From the IMG/VR virus record IMGVR_UViG_3300021495_000007: a DNA stretch of 53,435 nucleotides; one strand, 5' to 3'. The notes under the pieces were generated by a model. It was not told the DNA's origin and ran no database searches. It worked only from the letters and a program-made list of their open reading frames with translations. This stretch comes from a virus. A program made the position numbers and the translations under genes. Shown here in pieces: positions 7,892 to 17,496 of the stretch. How positions within the stretch are numbered: the first letter of the stretch is position 1; every line of letters starts with the position of its first letter.

Positions 7892-8452
7892 ATGGCAAGA
7901 AAATGGGATAGAGGAGTATTTGAAGAAGCAAGAAGAGAGGTAGAAGAGCGTGAGAAAAGAATAGGATTTTTGTTTCCGCCTAAAAACAGAGGAGAAGAGA
8001 TACATATAGAGATACTCGATGATACATTTACACAAGTATATGAGGGAGAGGTAGGATTAGATGACAGGGAAGTAGGATGGACTCAGCCACAGATATTGGT
8101 ACGTGATTTAAAAGATGATAGAAAGAAAGCATTCAAGCTAAATTCAGGATTGGCAACACAAATGTGGAGAGTTGTAGAGAATGCTGGTGGCAATCCCCTT
8201 GATATGAGGGGGAGTGTGTTTACGATTACAAGCATGGGGAATTACAATTATGAGGTCGTGTATAGAAAGCCTGCAAAAGAGCCGGAGATAGTAGATGAAA
8301 GTAAGATTGAGGAGATAGTAAGGAAGGTAATGTCTGGTGGGAATAAATCAAAAGAAGAAATATTGTTGTGGGTCAAAGAGTATCTGAAAGTCGAGGGTGT
8401 GCAGGTATCTGATGTGGTTATAAAGTCGGTTGTTGATCGAGTAGTAGGATAA
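7892..8452 (+). CDS. Putative OB-fold ssDNA-binding protein
   Basis: Beta-rich pattern, GGAGG RBS and position between primase and RecA-fold gene; function inferred from context. Confidence 0.45.
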   Translation: MARKWDRGVFEEARREVEEREKRIGFLFPPKNRGEEIHIEILDDTFTQVYEGEVGLDDREVGWTQPQILVRDLKDDRKKAFKLNSGLATQMWRVVENAGGNPLDMRGSVFTITSMGNYNYEVVYRKPAKEPEIVDESKIEEIVRKVMSGGNKSKEEILLWVKEYLKVEGVQVSDVVIKSVVDRVVG

Positions 8453-9330
8453 TGGAATCAGAAATTGTATGTGAGAATTGTGGAAAAAAATTAACTGAAA
8501 AAGTTTTAAAGTACCTCGAAGAGAATCCTAAAGCTTTCGGTGGTAAAAAACTTTGTTATAAATGTCAAACAGAATTTACAAAGAAACGCTCAAAGGAACG
8601 GAAACTTACTAAGAGATTTGGTGAGAGTTTGACAGAAGGTAAGAAAGAGCTTAAGAGTTTAGAAATAATGCGTAAACTGTTCGGTGATGGTGATGTGGTC
8701 CAGATATTCGGAGATAGCCGGATAGGTAAATCGAAGTTTGCAGTTCAAATGGTCAAGGAAGCAATGATGAAAGGAGATACTCCACTGTATATTGATACCG
8801 AAAGAAATCTATCAGAAAAGGACAGGTTAATGCTTAATGATAATTATGTTGTATGTCTTGATACATTAGCACTCAAAGAACTTGTTGATAATCTTGATGA
8901 TAGTATAGACATAGTAGTATTGGATTCAATTGGTATGCCAGTCTTAATTACATTTGCAGAGATGTCAATGAAAGAACGCGGTGAAGCACTATTGATGATG
9001 TCTGCTATATTCGGAAGACTCAAGAAGTGGTGTTTTAAGACAGGCGGATTTGCTATAGTAACAAATCAAATGAAATCGGAGATGAGTGCAGCAGGTCCCT
9101 TTGGTAAAATGAAAAACATGGATGACATACCACCATTCGGGGATAAAAGTAAATATATAGCAAAGAATATTCTTAAAATGTATCCCATTGAAAAAACTCC
9201 TATAGAAACTCATTCACAGATACGTGCATGGGGCTGTAGAGATTTAGCAAAAGGCACAAGTATTGCTGATGTTTATATATCAAATGAAGGAACAAGAGTA
9301 GAATGGAATATGAATCTATTGAAAGAGTAA
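8452..9330 (+). CDS. RadA/RadB-like RecA-fold ATPase with N-terminal Zn finger
   Basis: Walker A GDSRIGKS, YIDTE, Walker B IVVLDS, IVTNQ; N-terminal CENC...LCYKC. Confidence 0.85.
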   Translation: MESEIVCENCGKKLTEKVLKYLEENPKAFGGKKLCYKCQTEFTKKRSKERKLTKRFGESLTEGKKELKSLEIMRKLFGDGDVVQIFGDSRIGKSKFAVQMVKEAMMKGDTPLYIDTERNLSEKDRLMLNDNYVVCLDTLALKELVDNLDDSIDIVVLDSIGMPVLITFAEMSMKERGEALLMMSAIFGRLKKWCFKTGGFAIVTNQMKSEMSAAGPFGKMKNMDDIPPFGDKSKYIAKNILKMYPIEKTPIETHSQIRAWGCRDLAKGTSIADVYISNEGTRVEWNMNLLKE

Positions 9331-9344
9331 TTGATGTGTGTAAG

Positions 9345-9460
9345 AAATCGCACCAGACGCTTATATTCAATGTTCACGCAAATTTTTTCGTCTGTTAGAT
9401 ATTTTACTATACCTACATCAAACATTTCGTTAAATCGCATTATTTTGCATCTTATAAAAG
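9345..9460. repeat. Dispersed quasi-palindromic element, copy D
   Basis: AAATCGCACCAGACGCTTATAT...ATGTTCACGCAAAT. Right arm 9420-9438 is an 18/19 inverted match to copy F 26683-26701. Confidence 0.8.
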
Positions 9461-9468
9461 AATAGAAT

Positions 9469-9840
9469 ATGAATGAACAGCGGAATCTATCTAGAGCTCA
9501 AGAGGAAGAATTAAATTTTCAAGTTCGTATTGATTTCAATGGCGGAGATGATTATATAGAATTTTTAGCTGATGGAGAATGGCATTTGATAGGTTACTAT
9601 AATGGGAATGTAATATTTGATAGTATTGAAGTTCATAACAGAACTTTTAGCGAGGATGAAATTAGTGATGCATTTAGTGGTGATTTTCCCGTATTTGGAA
9701 ATTATGCAGATAGAATTTTATCAAAAGAAGAAACAGAAAATATCTATAAACTTCTTAATGACCATCCAGAAATAAAAAGTTGGCAGATTAAAAGTAATAT
9801 TTTATATTTAGAAATTGGAGAAGAAAATGAAGATAGTTAG
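9469..9840 (+). CDS. Hypothetical acidic protein (123 aa)
   Basis: ATG ORF immediately after element D. Confidence 0.7.
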   Translation: MNEQRNLSRAQEEELNFQVRIDFNGGDDYIEFLADGEWHLIGYYNGNVIFDSIEVHNRTFSEDEISDAFSGDFPVFGNYADRILSKEETENIYKLLNDHPEIKSWQIKSNILYLEIGEENEDS

Positions 9841-10123
9841 AACTGCAAAAATTGAAGTTGTGAAGTTAGAACAATTGAAAGAAGGTGACGAGATACTCTG
9901 GTCAAATCTTCGATGTAAAGTAATAACTATAGATAAATTTAAACGCAAAGTATATTTCGCACCTCATTCAACATCTGATAAACCATTTGAAGGATCCTAT
10001 TTGAATTATTATAGACTTATTAGCTGGGAAGAACAAAATGTCTGTTATGCTTGTGGAAGAGAGATAGAGGAAGGTGAAATCTCTGATACTTGTAAAGATG
10101 AAATTAAGCATTTCTTGATGTAA
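9827..10123 (+). CDS. Hypothetical protein with C-terminal CxxC knuckle
   Basis: ATG 9827 after GGAG; CYACG near the C-terminus. Confidence 0.65.
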   Translation: MKIVRTAKIEVVKLEQLKEGDEILWSNLRCKVITIDKFKRKVYFAPHSTSDKPFEGSYLNYYRLISWEEQNVCYACGREIEEGEISDTCKDEIKHFLM

Positions 10124-10127
10124 AAGA

Positions 10128-10274
10128 ATGAAAATAGAAATAATAACTCTATTGGATTTGGAAGATTTTGTAAAACGTATAGAAACTTTAGAAGAAGATA
10201 GTAAGCTTCATGATGATCTGCTCCATGATATTTATGAAAATATCGATCAGATGAGAAAAAAAGCGCTTGAATAA
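10128..10274 (+). CDS. Small protein (48 aa, below track cutoff)
   Basis: MKIEIITLLDLEDFVKRIETLEE...; co-oriented gap filler. Confidence 0.45.
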   Translation: MKIEIITLLDLEDFVKRIETLEEDSKLHDDLLHDIYENIDQMRKKALE

Positions 10275-10350
10275 ATTAGAAAAGCAAATAGAGTATTTGG
10301 AGAGTGATAAAGAACCTTATTCCAAAAGTATATCGGATTAAGTAGTAAAA

Positions 10351-10704
10351 ATGAAGAAAAATAAACAAGAATCAAGAACTATTAGAATTGATTTAGATGA
10401 AGAGTGGAAATTGGGTAGTGATTCTGTACAGTGGATTCTTTATAAGAAGGCTACAGATATAGAAGGTGAAATTTTAGATGAAGAAGTCGAATCAAAAACA
10501 ACTTGGAAGAAAGGATTTATAGCAGTTGGATTTTTTACAACATTAGAAAATGCCTTAAAGGCGTATATTGATGCAAGATTAAGAAAATCTGCTGCTAAAT
10601 CGGTCAAAGAACTCTATGATTATCATCGAAAAATTCTTCAGAGCTTGAATGAAGTCTTAAAGCCCTTTGAGATAGTAATCAAGAGTGATGCAAATAAATA
10701 TTGA
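10351..10704 (+). CDS. Hypothetical phage-type protein (117 aa)
   Basis: Pattern SDSVQWIL...GFFTTLENAL...S...KEL recalls a DUF5405-like phage family (unverified). Confidence 0.55.
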   Translation: MKKNKQESRTIRIDLDEEWKLGSDSVQWILYKKATDIEGEILDEEVESKTTWKKGFIAVGFFTTLENALKAYIDARLRKSAAKSVKELYDYHRKILQSLNEVLKPFEIVIKSDANKY

Positions 10705-10904
10705 ATAAAATGTATTGGAGTAAAGAAGAAGAAGAAATTTTAAAATCTTTATGGAAGAAACCTGATATTACTGCGAAAATCATTAAAGAACGACATTTGC
10801 CTCATCGTACTATTAATGCTATACAGAAGAAAGCGAGTTCACTTGGATTAACAAAAGAAAAAATAAAAATAGATTACGAAAAAGTGAATGAGATTATTTT
10901 ATGA
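10701..10904 (+). CDS. Myb/SANT-like HTH protein
   Basis: YWSKEEEEIL...LPHRTINAIQKKASSLGL. Confidence 0.7.
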   Translation: MNKMYWSKEEEEILKSLWKKPDITAKIIKERHLPHRTINAIQKKASSLGLTKEKIKIDYEKVNEIIL

Positions 10905-11680
10905 GAAATATTCTTTTATTAGGAGACCTACATTGTGGTAGTACAGAAGGATTATGGCATCCGGATTTTATTACAAGAGAGGGTCAAAAAATAAAATTAT
11001 CTCCGTTACAGGAGGAATTATATGACAAATGGCTTCTTTTACAAGAAAAATTACCAGACTACGAAGCAGTATTTCTGTTGGGTGATATCACTCATGGATT
11101 AGGATCAAAAGATTTCGGTAAAGATGTAATTGATTGTGATCTACACGATCAGTTGCAGTGTGCAATTAAACTACTAAAACCAGTAACTAAAGGAAAGAAA
11201 ATAGTAGTAGTTACGGGCAGTCGTTATCATTCTTCTATTGATTATGATATAGATAGAGGATTAGCAGAAGTTCTACACGCCAAATTTGGTGGTGCTATAA
11301 GTAATATTCGATTGAAAGGAACAGATGTAGTAATTAATATTGCACACGGTATAGGCTCAAGACCTATCTATATAGGTACTCGCATGAATCAAGATGTGTT
11401 CAATGCTATTCTAACTGAGCATCTATTGAAAATGCCTGAAGTTTCTGTGATTATACGTGCACATTTTCATATCTTTAGTTATTTTGCAATCTATGGTAAA
11501 CATTATGTTTATATTCCAGGGTGGAACGCAATTAGAAAAGGTAGATTTATTACTCGATGGTATTTTAGACAACCAGATATAGGTGCTGTCCTTCTAAGTA
11601 TAGATAATGATAATAATGTATATGTAAAACCCTATCTTTTTAAGCTAAAAAGTGAACGTAAAAATATTTATATTTTGTAA
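10901..11680 (+). CDS. Calcineurin-like metallophosphoesterase
   Basis: GDLH, GD, GSRYH (GNH variant), AHG and AHFH metal-binding motifs. Confidence 0.85.
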   Translation: MRNILLLGDLHCGSTEGLWHPDFITREGQKIKLSPLQEELYDKWLLLQEKLPDYEAVFLLGDITHGLGSKDFGKDVIDCDLHDQLQCAIKLLKPVTKGKKIVVVTGSRYHSSIDYDIDRGLAEVLHAKFGGAISNIRLKGTDVVINIAHGIGSRPIYIGTRMNQDVFNAILTEHLLKMPEVSVIIRAHFHIFSYFAIYGKHYVYIPGWNAIRKGRFITRWYFRQPDIGAVLLSIDNDNNVYVKPYLFKLKSERKNIYIL

Positions 11681-11691
11681 CTATAAGGAAA

Positions 11692-12204
11692 ATGGAAGAT
11701 AAAGATATTCAGGTTTTGGTGTTTCATAGAGATAAAGACGATAAAAATTGGATTTCAAGACTTGCTAATGGGAAGGTAGCTATATTGCATCGTGCAGATC
11801 CTACTATTCCACAACCCAATGTTCCATATCTCTGTAAAGTTGATGAAAAAGAAAAATATGCGATAGCTTGGATTCAAAGTTTACATGCTTATCCACGTGT
11901 AATTATTACTCCTCCACCAAGGAGGTTTGTGTACTTAGAATCACCGGGTGATAAGCCCGCAATTCATAGTGATATACTCAGTATTTTTGATACTCATGAT
12001 TTAGAATATCTCTATGTTAGATATCCTAAAGAGAATCGTAAAGAAGTAGATGTTCCATCCACTGAAAGTTATCGAGATGTAAATATAGATTTAAGAATTA
12101 AAATAGGTAGTGAAAGTACGATTAAATATTCATGTACAATAAAAAGACCTCGTAATATGGATGCTAAAACAATATTGGATGAAATTAAAAGCAAGATTGA
12201 GTAG
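11692..12204 (+). CDS. Hypothetical protein (170 aa)
   Basis: Long co-oriented ORF with AGGA RBS. Confidence 0.7.
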   Translation: MEDKDIQVLVFHRDKDDKNWISRLANGKVAILHRADPTIPQPNVPYLCKVDEKEKYAIAWIQSLHAYPRVIITPPPRRFVYLESPGDKPAIHSDILSIFDTHDLEYLYVRYPKENRKEVDVPSTESYRDVNIDLRIKIGSESTIKYSCTIKRPRNMDAKTILDEIKSKIE

Positions 12205-12208
12205 GCTA

Positions 12209-12457
12209 ATGGGATTCAGAGATAATAAAAAGGATGAAATTGTGAAAGAAATTTTAAAACTTATTCGTGAACGTAAAGAACTACGTCAAAATTTAGAAGA
12301 ATTACAATTACAAATGAAAGACATAAAAGATGAAGCTGAAGATGTTTATGAGGAAATCAAGAAGATAGAGAATGCAATGGAATTAAATGAACGAAAAGTA
12401 AGTGAATTGGTAGAGGCTATCGAAAAGGAATGTGATATTGAGAGTTTATATAGATAA
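12209..12457 (+). CDS. Coiled-coil protein, tandem paralog 1
   Basis: In-frame ATG at 12209 after the stop at 12204; aligns with the next ORF. Confidence 0.7.
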   Translation: MGFRDNKKDEIVKEILKLIRERKELRQNLEELQLQMKDIKDEAEDVYEEIKKIENAMELNERKVSELVEAIEKECDIESLYR

Positions 12458-12467
12458 AAAAACGAAT

Positions 12468-12779
12468 ATGAATGAAAAAGTAAAGAAATTTTTTGGGTTC
12501 AAACGAGGACTGAGTGATGAGTTCAAAGAAAAGATTGAGGATATCATCTGGGAACGAGTAGAATTACTTAAAGATTTGAAAGAAAATGAAATGTTGATAA
12601 ATAGTACATTAAAAAGACTTCAAAGGTATTGTGAAGATTATAAAAGAACGAAGAAAGAAGTGGAGTCGAATGAAAAAAAACTTATCGAATTGATAGAGAG
12701 TCTCGATGATGAACTCGATATTAAGTCTATTTATAAAGATCCGGTATCATATCCTTTCCCAAGTATAAGCGATATATGA
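12468..12779 (+). CDS. Coiled-coil protein, tandem paralog 2
   Basis: Shares GF(R/K)...DE...I.ER.EL...NE.K..EL.E......DI.S.Y pattern with 12209-12457. Confidence 0.7.
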   Translation: MNEKVKKFFGFKRGLSDEFKEKIEDIIWERVELLKDLKENEMLINSTLKRLQRYCEDYKRTKKEVESNEKKLIELIESLDDELDIKSIYKDPVSYPFPSISDI

Positions 12780-12878
12780 TAGAAATAATGATAAAGAAAA
12801 TCGAGAATAAATTAGATAGTGCATTTAAGACTCTAAATGATATAAATAACAAAATAAATCGAATCAAGGAGGAAATGA

Positions 12879-13073
12879 ATGACTCAGGAATTCCAAATAA
12901 CAGGAACAAGATCGCTAAATGAAGATGTTTATATAAGAATTTCACCTACACTTTTCAGTTATCAACATAATTCAGTATTCATGAGAGAGGCACAACTACT
13001 TGTTAATGTCCTACGTAAATATCTACCAGCACGTACTTATAATTATTTAAAGGATATCATAATTAAAGAATGA
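12879..13073 (+). CDS. Hypothetical protein (64 aa)
   Basis: GGAGG RBS at ~12870. Confidence 0.6.
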   Translation: MTQEFQITGTRSLNEDVYIRISPTLFSYQHNSVFMREAQLLVNVLRKYLPARTYNYLKDIIIKE

Positions 13074-13237
13074 TATGGAAACACTTTCCATTTAGATATC
13101 TGGGTAAAATAATTACTATTCTTGGAATAGTTTTAATGCTAAAATATTGGGACACTGAGTTTCCATTATTCCTTGCTTGGATATTTATAATATTCGGAGT
13201 AGGTTTAGTAGAAATCAAAGAACTTTGGTATGAATAA

Positions 13238-13507
13238 ATGCCATGGCTGTGGTTAAGTGTAAAGCATAAATGTCCGTACTGCAATAATATAAATCGTTTC
13301 CTAAAATACTACACTGTGAATGATGAAAGTAATTTCATAGACATTGGCGACTATGTACCAAATAATATCGAAGATGAATTGGGATTCATTAGTGCTGATG
13401 GATACTGTGACAGGTGTAAAAACTATTATCAGTGTAAAGTTGGTATCAGGAAATCAAGATTAACGGATATTGTTATTTTTTCAGAATTAGAGGAAAAGAA
13501 ATGCTAA
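13238..13507 (+). CDS. Zn-ribbon protein
   Basis: CPYC...CDRC. Confidence 0.65.
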   Translation: MPWLWLSVKHKCPYCNNINRFLKYYTVNDESNFIDIGDYVPNNIEDELGFISADGYCDRCKNYYQCKVGIRKSRLTDIVIFSELEEKKC

Positions 13508-13695
13508 AATTCATGATTTATAAAAATGAAGGAGAGTATGTATTGATTATAGAATATGAAGATAGGGCTGAAAGACTTTTAGCTTCAAATATGAAAGACC
13601 TGATTCAGGTGATAGCTGATACTACATTATATAATTTTGAAGGTAAGAGTAAATATTTTGAGCAGTCTCATCAAGCGAAAATAGAAATTATATAG
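13501..13695 (+). CDS. Hypothetical protein (64 aa)
   Basis: Overlapping start with GAGG RBS. Confidence 0.55.
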   Translation: MLKFMIYKNEGEYVLIIEYEDRAERLLASNMKDLIQVIADTTLYNFEGKSKYFEQSHQAKIEII

Positions 13696-13731
13696 ATATA
13701 TGAAGTTAGGATTTTCGGACTCTAAAATAAA

Positions 13732-14712
13732 ATGACTAAATATCCTCTATGTAATTTATGCGGTAGGACTGCTCATTGTTTAGTATTGTTTCATGATAGT
13801 AAAAACAATAAAACGTATGCAACAACTCGCTGTCCTGAATGTATAAAAAAACCGGAACCGCAATTAAATAATAAAGTTCCTTATAATATTTTACCTCTAT
13901 GGTATGGTTCTTGGGCTTTTCCTGAAGTAAGGGTGGATAGTTTGGATTCTCCAGTTATGCTAACTCGCGCAGAAGTTCGGTCTCGCCTTGCTCCGAATGT
14001 GATTCTCTTACATAACCCGTTCGAAGATCAAGATCATTTAGAAAAAGATATAGGTAAAGAAAACATGACTAGTGAAAATAAAATTATATATATAGATTCA
14101 CGTGAACAAAACAAAGATGTACAATACCTATTCGATTGGCAGTCTGATTTTCCAGTAGAAATTAAAAAATTAGAATTGGGTGATATAGTTTTTGATGGCT
14201 GTCTGATAGAACGAAAAACCATTAATGATTTTGTTCAGAGTATTAGAAAAGAAGATTTTTGGAATAAGTTATATCAAGCTAAAGAAGTATATCCCAATGG
14301 AGTTTTTGTATGGATTGATACAAATGAGTATGAAAAATTGAAAGAACTTAAATACACTCGTAATCCGAAATTGCTACTGAATTCAATAGTAGGTGCAAAG
14401 GCAGCATTAGATGCTAATGGGATAATATGGAGGGAATTCGATAAAGCAGAAGCATCTGAATATTTCTATATTTACTTTAAACGATTAATAGACACTCACA
14501 ATTATACTCCTAAGCCTGTGGTAAAAAAGAAAAATAAGTCATGGACTGAGCTTAGAATGCAAACACTCATGAGTGTACCTGGGATTGGATATAATACAGC
14601 CGTTAAATTACTTTCATCATATAAAACAATTGAAAACATAATAAAATCATCAAAAAATTCTAAATCTAAAATTATGGAGAATATCAAGAAGATTTTTATA
14701 GGAGATGAATAG
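13732..14712 (+). CDS. XPF/ERCC4-family structure-specific nuclease with HhH and Cys-rich N-terminal extension
   Basis: YIDSRE, GD-x7-ERKTINDF (ERKxxxD) and C-terminal HhH VPGIGYNTA. The nuclease may start at internal MTSENK. Confidence 0.85.
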   Translation: MTKYPLCNLCGRTAHCLVLFHDSKNNKTYATTRCPECIKKPEPQLNNKVPYNILPLWYGSWAFPEVRVDSLDSPVMLTRAEVRSRLAPNVILLHNPFEDQDHLEKDIGKENMTSENKIIYIDSREQNKDVQYLFDWQSDFPVEIKKLELGDIVFDGCLIERKTINDFVQSIRKEDFWNKLYQAKEVYPNGVFVWIDTNEYEKLKELKYTRNPKLLLNSIVGAKAALDANGIIWREFDKAEASEYFYIYFKRLIDTHNYTPKPVVKKKNKSWTELRMQTLMSVPGIGYNTAVKLLSSYKTIENIIKSSKNSKSKIMENIKKIFIGDE

Positions 14713-15052
14713 AGAAATAATTGATTGGGAAAGAAAAGGAAATTTAGTTAAATTCTATCTTGGCAAGAACGGAGAGCAGTGGGGTGATGATTGGGATGAT
14801 GTCCCTTGGGAACATAATGCAGGTCGAGTCTATGACGAATATATCGAGAGTTATATAGTTATCCCTTTTGCATTTGAATGGAATGTTTATGAACCACGGG
14901 AGTTTTATTCTAAGCAACATTTAATTAAAAGAATCGTTCCCTGTATAATTGCAACTCCGAAGTTATTTGACAGTTTTCAAGAAGCACTGAGCGATACAGA
15001 CGGATTTAGATATTATTTCGGAGATAAAGTATCTAAAGAAGAATTAAAATAA
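14705..15052 (+). CDS. Hypothetical protein (115 aa)
   Basis: GGAG RBS with overlap; distinctive WGDDWDDVPWEHNAG motif. Confidence 0.75.
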   Translation: MNREIIDWERKGNLVKFYLGKNGEQWGDDWDDVPWEHNAGRVYDEYIESYIVIPFAFEWNVYEPREFYSKQHLIKRIVPCIIATPKLFDSFQEALSDTDGFRYYFGDKVSKEELK

Positions 15053-15090
15053 GATTTGATGGAGACATATTCGGAAAGAATTAAAAGAAA

Positions 15091-15318
15091 ATGATGGAAG
15101 ATAACAAAATAAATTATACAATAGACATTGATTATAAAACATTTAGAAAAGGAAATCACAAATATTTAGAACTAAATGATTTTATCTCTGGTCTAACAGT
15201 ACAGTATCATTTAGCTATACAGAAAAAAATCATTAGTGCTCTATCAGATTACCAACTTAAGCGATTAATAAAACTATGTACTTATGAGCTTCAGCGAAGA
15301 GAAAATGAAGAAAAATAG
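15091..15318 (+). CDS. Hypothetical protein (75 aa)
   Basis: ATG ORF, co-oriented. Confidence 0.6.
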   Translation: MMEDNKINYTIDIDYKTFRKGNHKYLELNDFISGLTVQYHLAIQKKIISALSDYQLKRLIKLCTYELQRRENEEK

Positions 15319-15856
15319 CATTGCTTGGTTTGTAGTTGAATGCACTAAGTCTATAACCATACAACTTAGATGTTTTAAATGTCGTCTCATGTTTCCCGAT
15401 GTTCCACGTCAATTAGTTAAAAACTTTCAATCGCTTGGAAGAGGGATATACTCATTAGTATTCGCACTAAAGAATATTGATTGTGAGGAAGAATACTTTC
15501 TTAATAATATTATAGAGACACATGTAAATTCGACAGGATTTGGTAAAGCCAATGTCGAAGTCGATACTACGATTCCAAACGATGAGGAGTATCAGAAGCT
15601 CCGTAAGCTTATTGATGACTGGTATAAACAAAAAGTTGATACATTTCCATTTTTCTTGGGAATAATAATGTATAGCAGCTATCGTGATTGGAGAAGGATG
15701 AAAGAATTAGGTGTTAAGTTTTTAGAACTATGGCAGGATGGGTTTTCTAAGATAGGTTGGAAACCAGAAGACGTAAGTGACTATGAATATTATTTCGGAA
15801 AAGATGGAAGAAGTGAGCCTCCGAAATTTTTAGGGACACATACTTATTGGGATTAA
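15305..15856 (+). CDS. Hypothetical protein
   Basis: Probable start at ATG 15305 inside track ORF 15284-15856. Confidence 0.65.
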   Translation: MKKNSIAWFVVECTKSITIQLRCFKCRLMFPDVPRQLVKNFQSLGRGIYSLVFALKNIDCEEEYFLNNIIETHVNSTGFGKANVEVDTTIPNDEEYQKLRKLIDDWYKQKVDTFPFFLGIIMYSSYRDWRRMKELGVKFLELWQDGFSKIGWKPEDVSDYEYYFGKDGRSEPPKFLGTHTYWD

Positions 15857-15916
15857 ACAGCAGAATATAATGTTAGTGAATATATTTTGTAGTGGTTTGC
15901 TTGCTAATGAAGTTTA

Positions 15917-16687
15917 ATGAAAGAAATAAAGCTTTTGGAAGATGAGGAACTAAAACGATTAGGATTGAAAGAGGGTCATCATTACAAAATAGGAGATGAA
16001 ATTTATCCTTCAAGTACTACTATTCTTTCGGTATTGAGAAAGCCTGCTATTGAAATATGGGCAGTAAAAACAACTGTCGAATACCTCGGTAGGCGTTTAA
16101 ACGATGTTATAAATGGAAAAATCAAATTAAATTCAAAAAATGCCTATAAATTGTTAATGGATGCAAGAAGAGAACATCAAGCAATAAAAGAGAAAGCAGC
16201 ACATTTAGGACGTGGAGTACACAAGATTATTGAATTAACGTTTAAATCAGAATTGGATACTTCAGATTTACTCAAAGTTATAGATAGTAATTACTATCCA
16301 GCTGTAACTGCTTTTCTTGATTGGAAATCTTCACATGATATCAAAGCATTAGGGAATGAAGAAACTGTCTATCATGAAAATCTCAAATATGCAGGAACAT
16401 TAGATTTTAGATGCAAGTTTAATGGAGAAAGATATATTGTGGATTTCAAGACATCAAAACGCATCTATCCAGAAATGCTACTTCAACTAGCTTCTTACAA
16501 ATATGCCTATGAATACATGCATCCCGAAGATACCGGTTATAAAGTTGGAATATTGCGATTAGACAAAAACAATAAGGGTTTTGAATGGAAGACTTGGAAT
16601 GAAGACATAGTATTGATAGCATGGAATGCCTTTAAGTATCTTGTTAAATATTATCATGAGGTGAAATTATTAAATGGGAATATATAA
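15917..16687 (+). CDS. PD-(D/E)XK phage-type exonuclease
   Basis: YPSSTTILS, YAGTLD, IVDFKTS and QLASY motifs. Confidence 0.85.
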   Translation: MKEIKLLEDEELKRLGLKEGHHYKIGDEIYPSSTTILSVLRKPAIEIWAVKTTVEYLGRRLNDVINGKIKLNSKNAYKLLMDARREHQAIKEKAAHLGRGVHKIIELTFKSELDTSDLLKVIDSNYYPAVTAFLDWKSSHDIKALGNEETVYHENLKYAGTLDFRCKFNGERYIVDFKTSKRIYPEMLLQLASYKYAYEYMHPEDTGYKVGILRLDKNNKGFEWKTWNEDIVLIAWNAFKYLVKYYHEVKLLNGNI

Positions 16688-16830
16688 AAAAGCTCTTGTA
16701 AAATATATTAATCATTTAGAAGAGGAAGAAGGAAGACTTCTATTTTGGAAATTCTTTGAAGAATTATTTGATAAAAATGATAAAGAGAAGTGTGCTGAAT
16801 TAGTAATCTATCTCGCAGATGTAATAGAAG

Positions 16831-17496
16831 ATGAAAATTAAAGATGTTGTTGGAAAGATTAATTTTGTAAAACGATATGATTATCAGAATAGTTTTTTGG
16901 ATTTGACTGCCAAACTAATTCGATCAGTAGAATTGTTAAAGAAGATAAATACATCAAATATACATGATTTGAGTATTGAAGCAAAGGAAGTAGAAGAAAA
17001 AGCAGATTTAATTGTACACGGTATTTATGAACTCTTACTATGTGATCATACAAGAGTAACAGAAGAAGTATCGGACATTCGATATTTCGTGAAAAGAATT
17101 GATGACATAATAGACGATATAGAAGAAGTAATATGGCGATTGATGGCTTGGTCACATTTAGGCTATGAACTGAATGAAGCTCGATCTTATTTTGGAAATT
17201 TCGTAGGACTTATCGAAAAGGCTATACACTCCATAAGTGTTGCTACTGAATGTTCGTCAAATTTCTTGAAATACAATGATACTATATTGGATTGCATCAA
17301 AGAGATTAATCGGTATGAAAATGAAGGTGATGATTTATATCGAAAAATACTAATTAAGATCATGAAGGTTGATTTTGAAGAAGAACGAAAAAGAATATTA
17401 TTGTTAGAAATAGTTAAGCGGTTTGAACGAATATTGGATAATGCAGAGGATATAGCAGATGCACTCGATAGTTTTAGACTCAAGGGAGGAATATAA
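16831..17496 (+). CDS. DUF47/PhoU-fold phosphate-transport-regulator-like protein
   Basis: Duplicated helical-bundle motifs EVEEKADLIV...IDDIIDDIEE and ENEGDDLYR...FERILDNAEDIAD. Confidence 0.75.
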   Translation: MKIKDVVGKINFVKRYDYQNSFLDLTAKLIRSVELLKKINTSNIHDLSIEAKEVEEKADLIVHGIYELLLCDHTRVTEEVSDIRYFVKRIDDIIDDIEEVIWRLMAWSHLGYELNEARSYFGNFVGLIEKAIHSISVATECSSNFLKYNDTILDCIKEINRYENEGDDLYRKILIKIMKVDFEEERKRILLLEIVKRFERILDNAEDIADALDSFRLKGGI

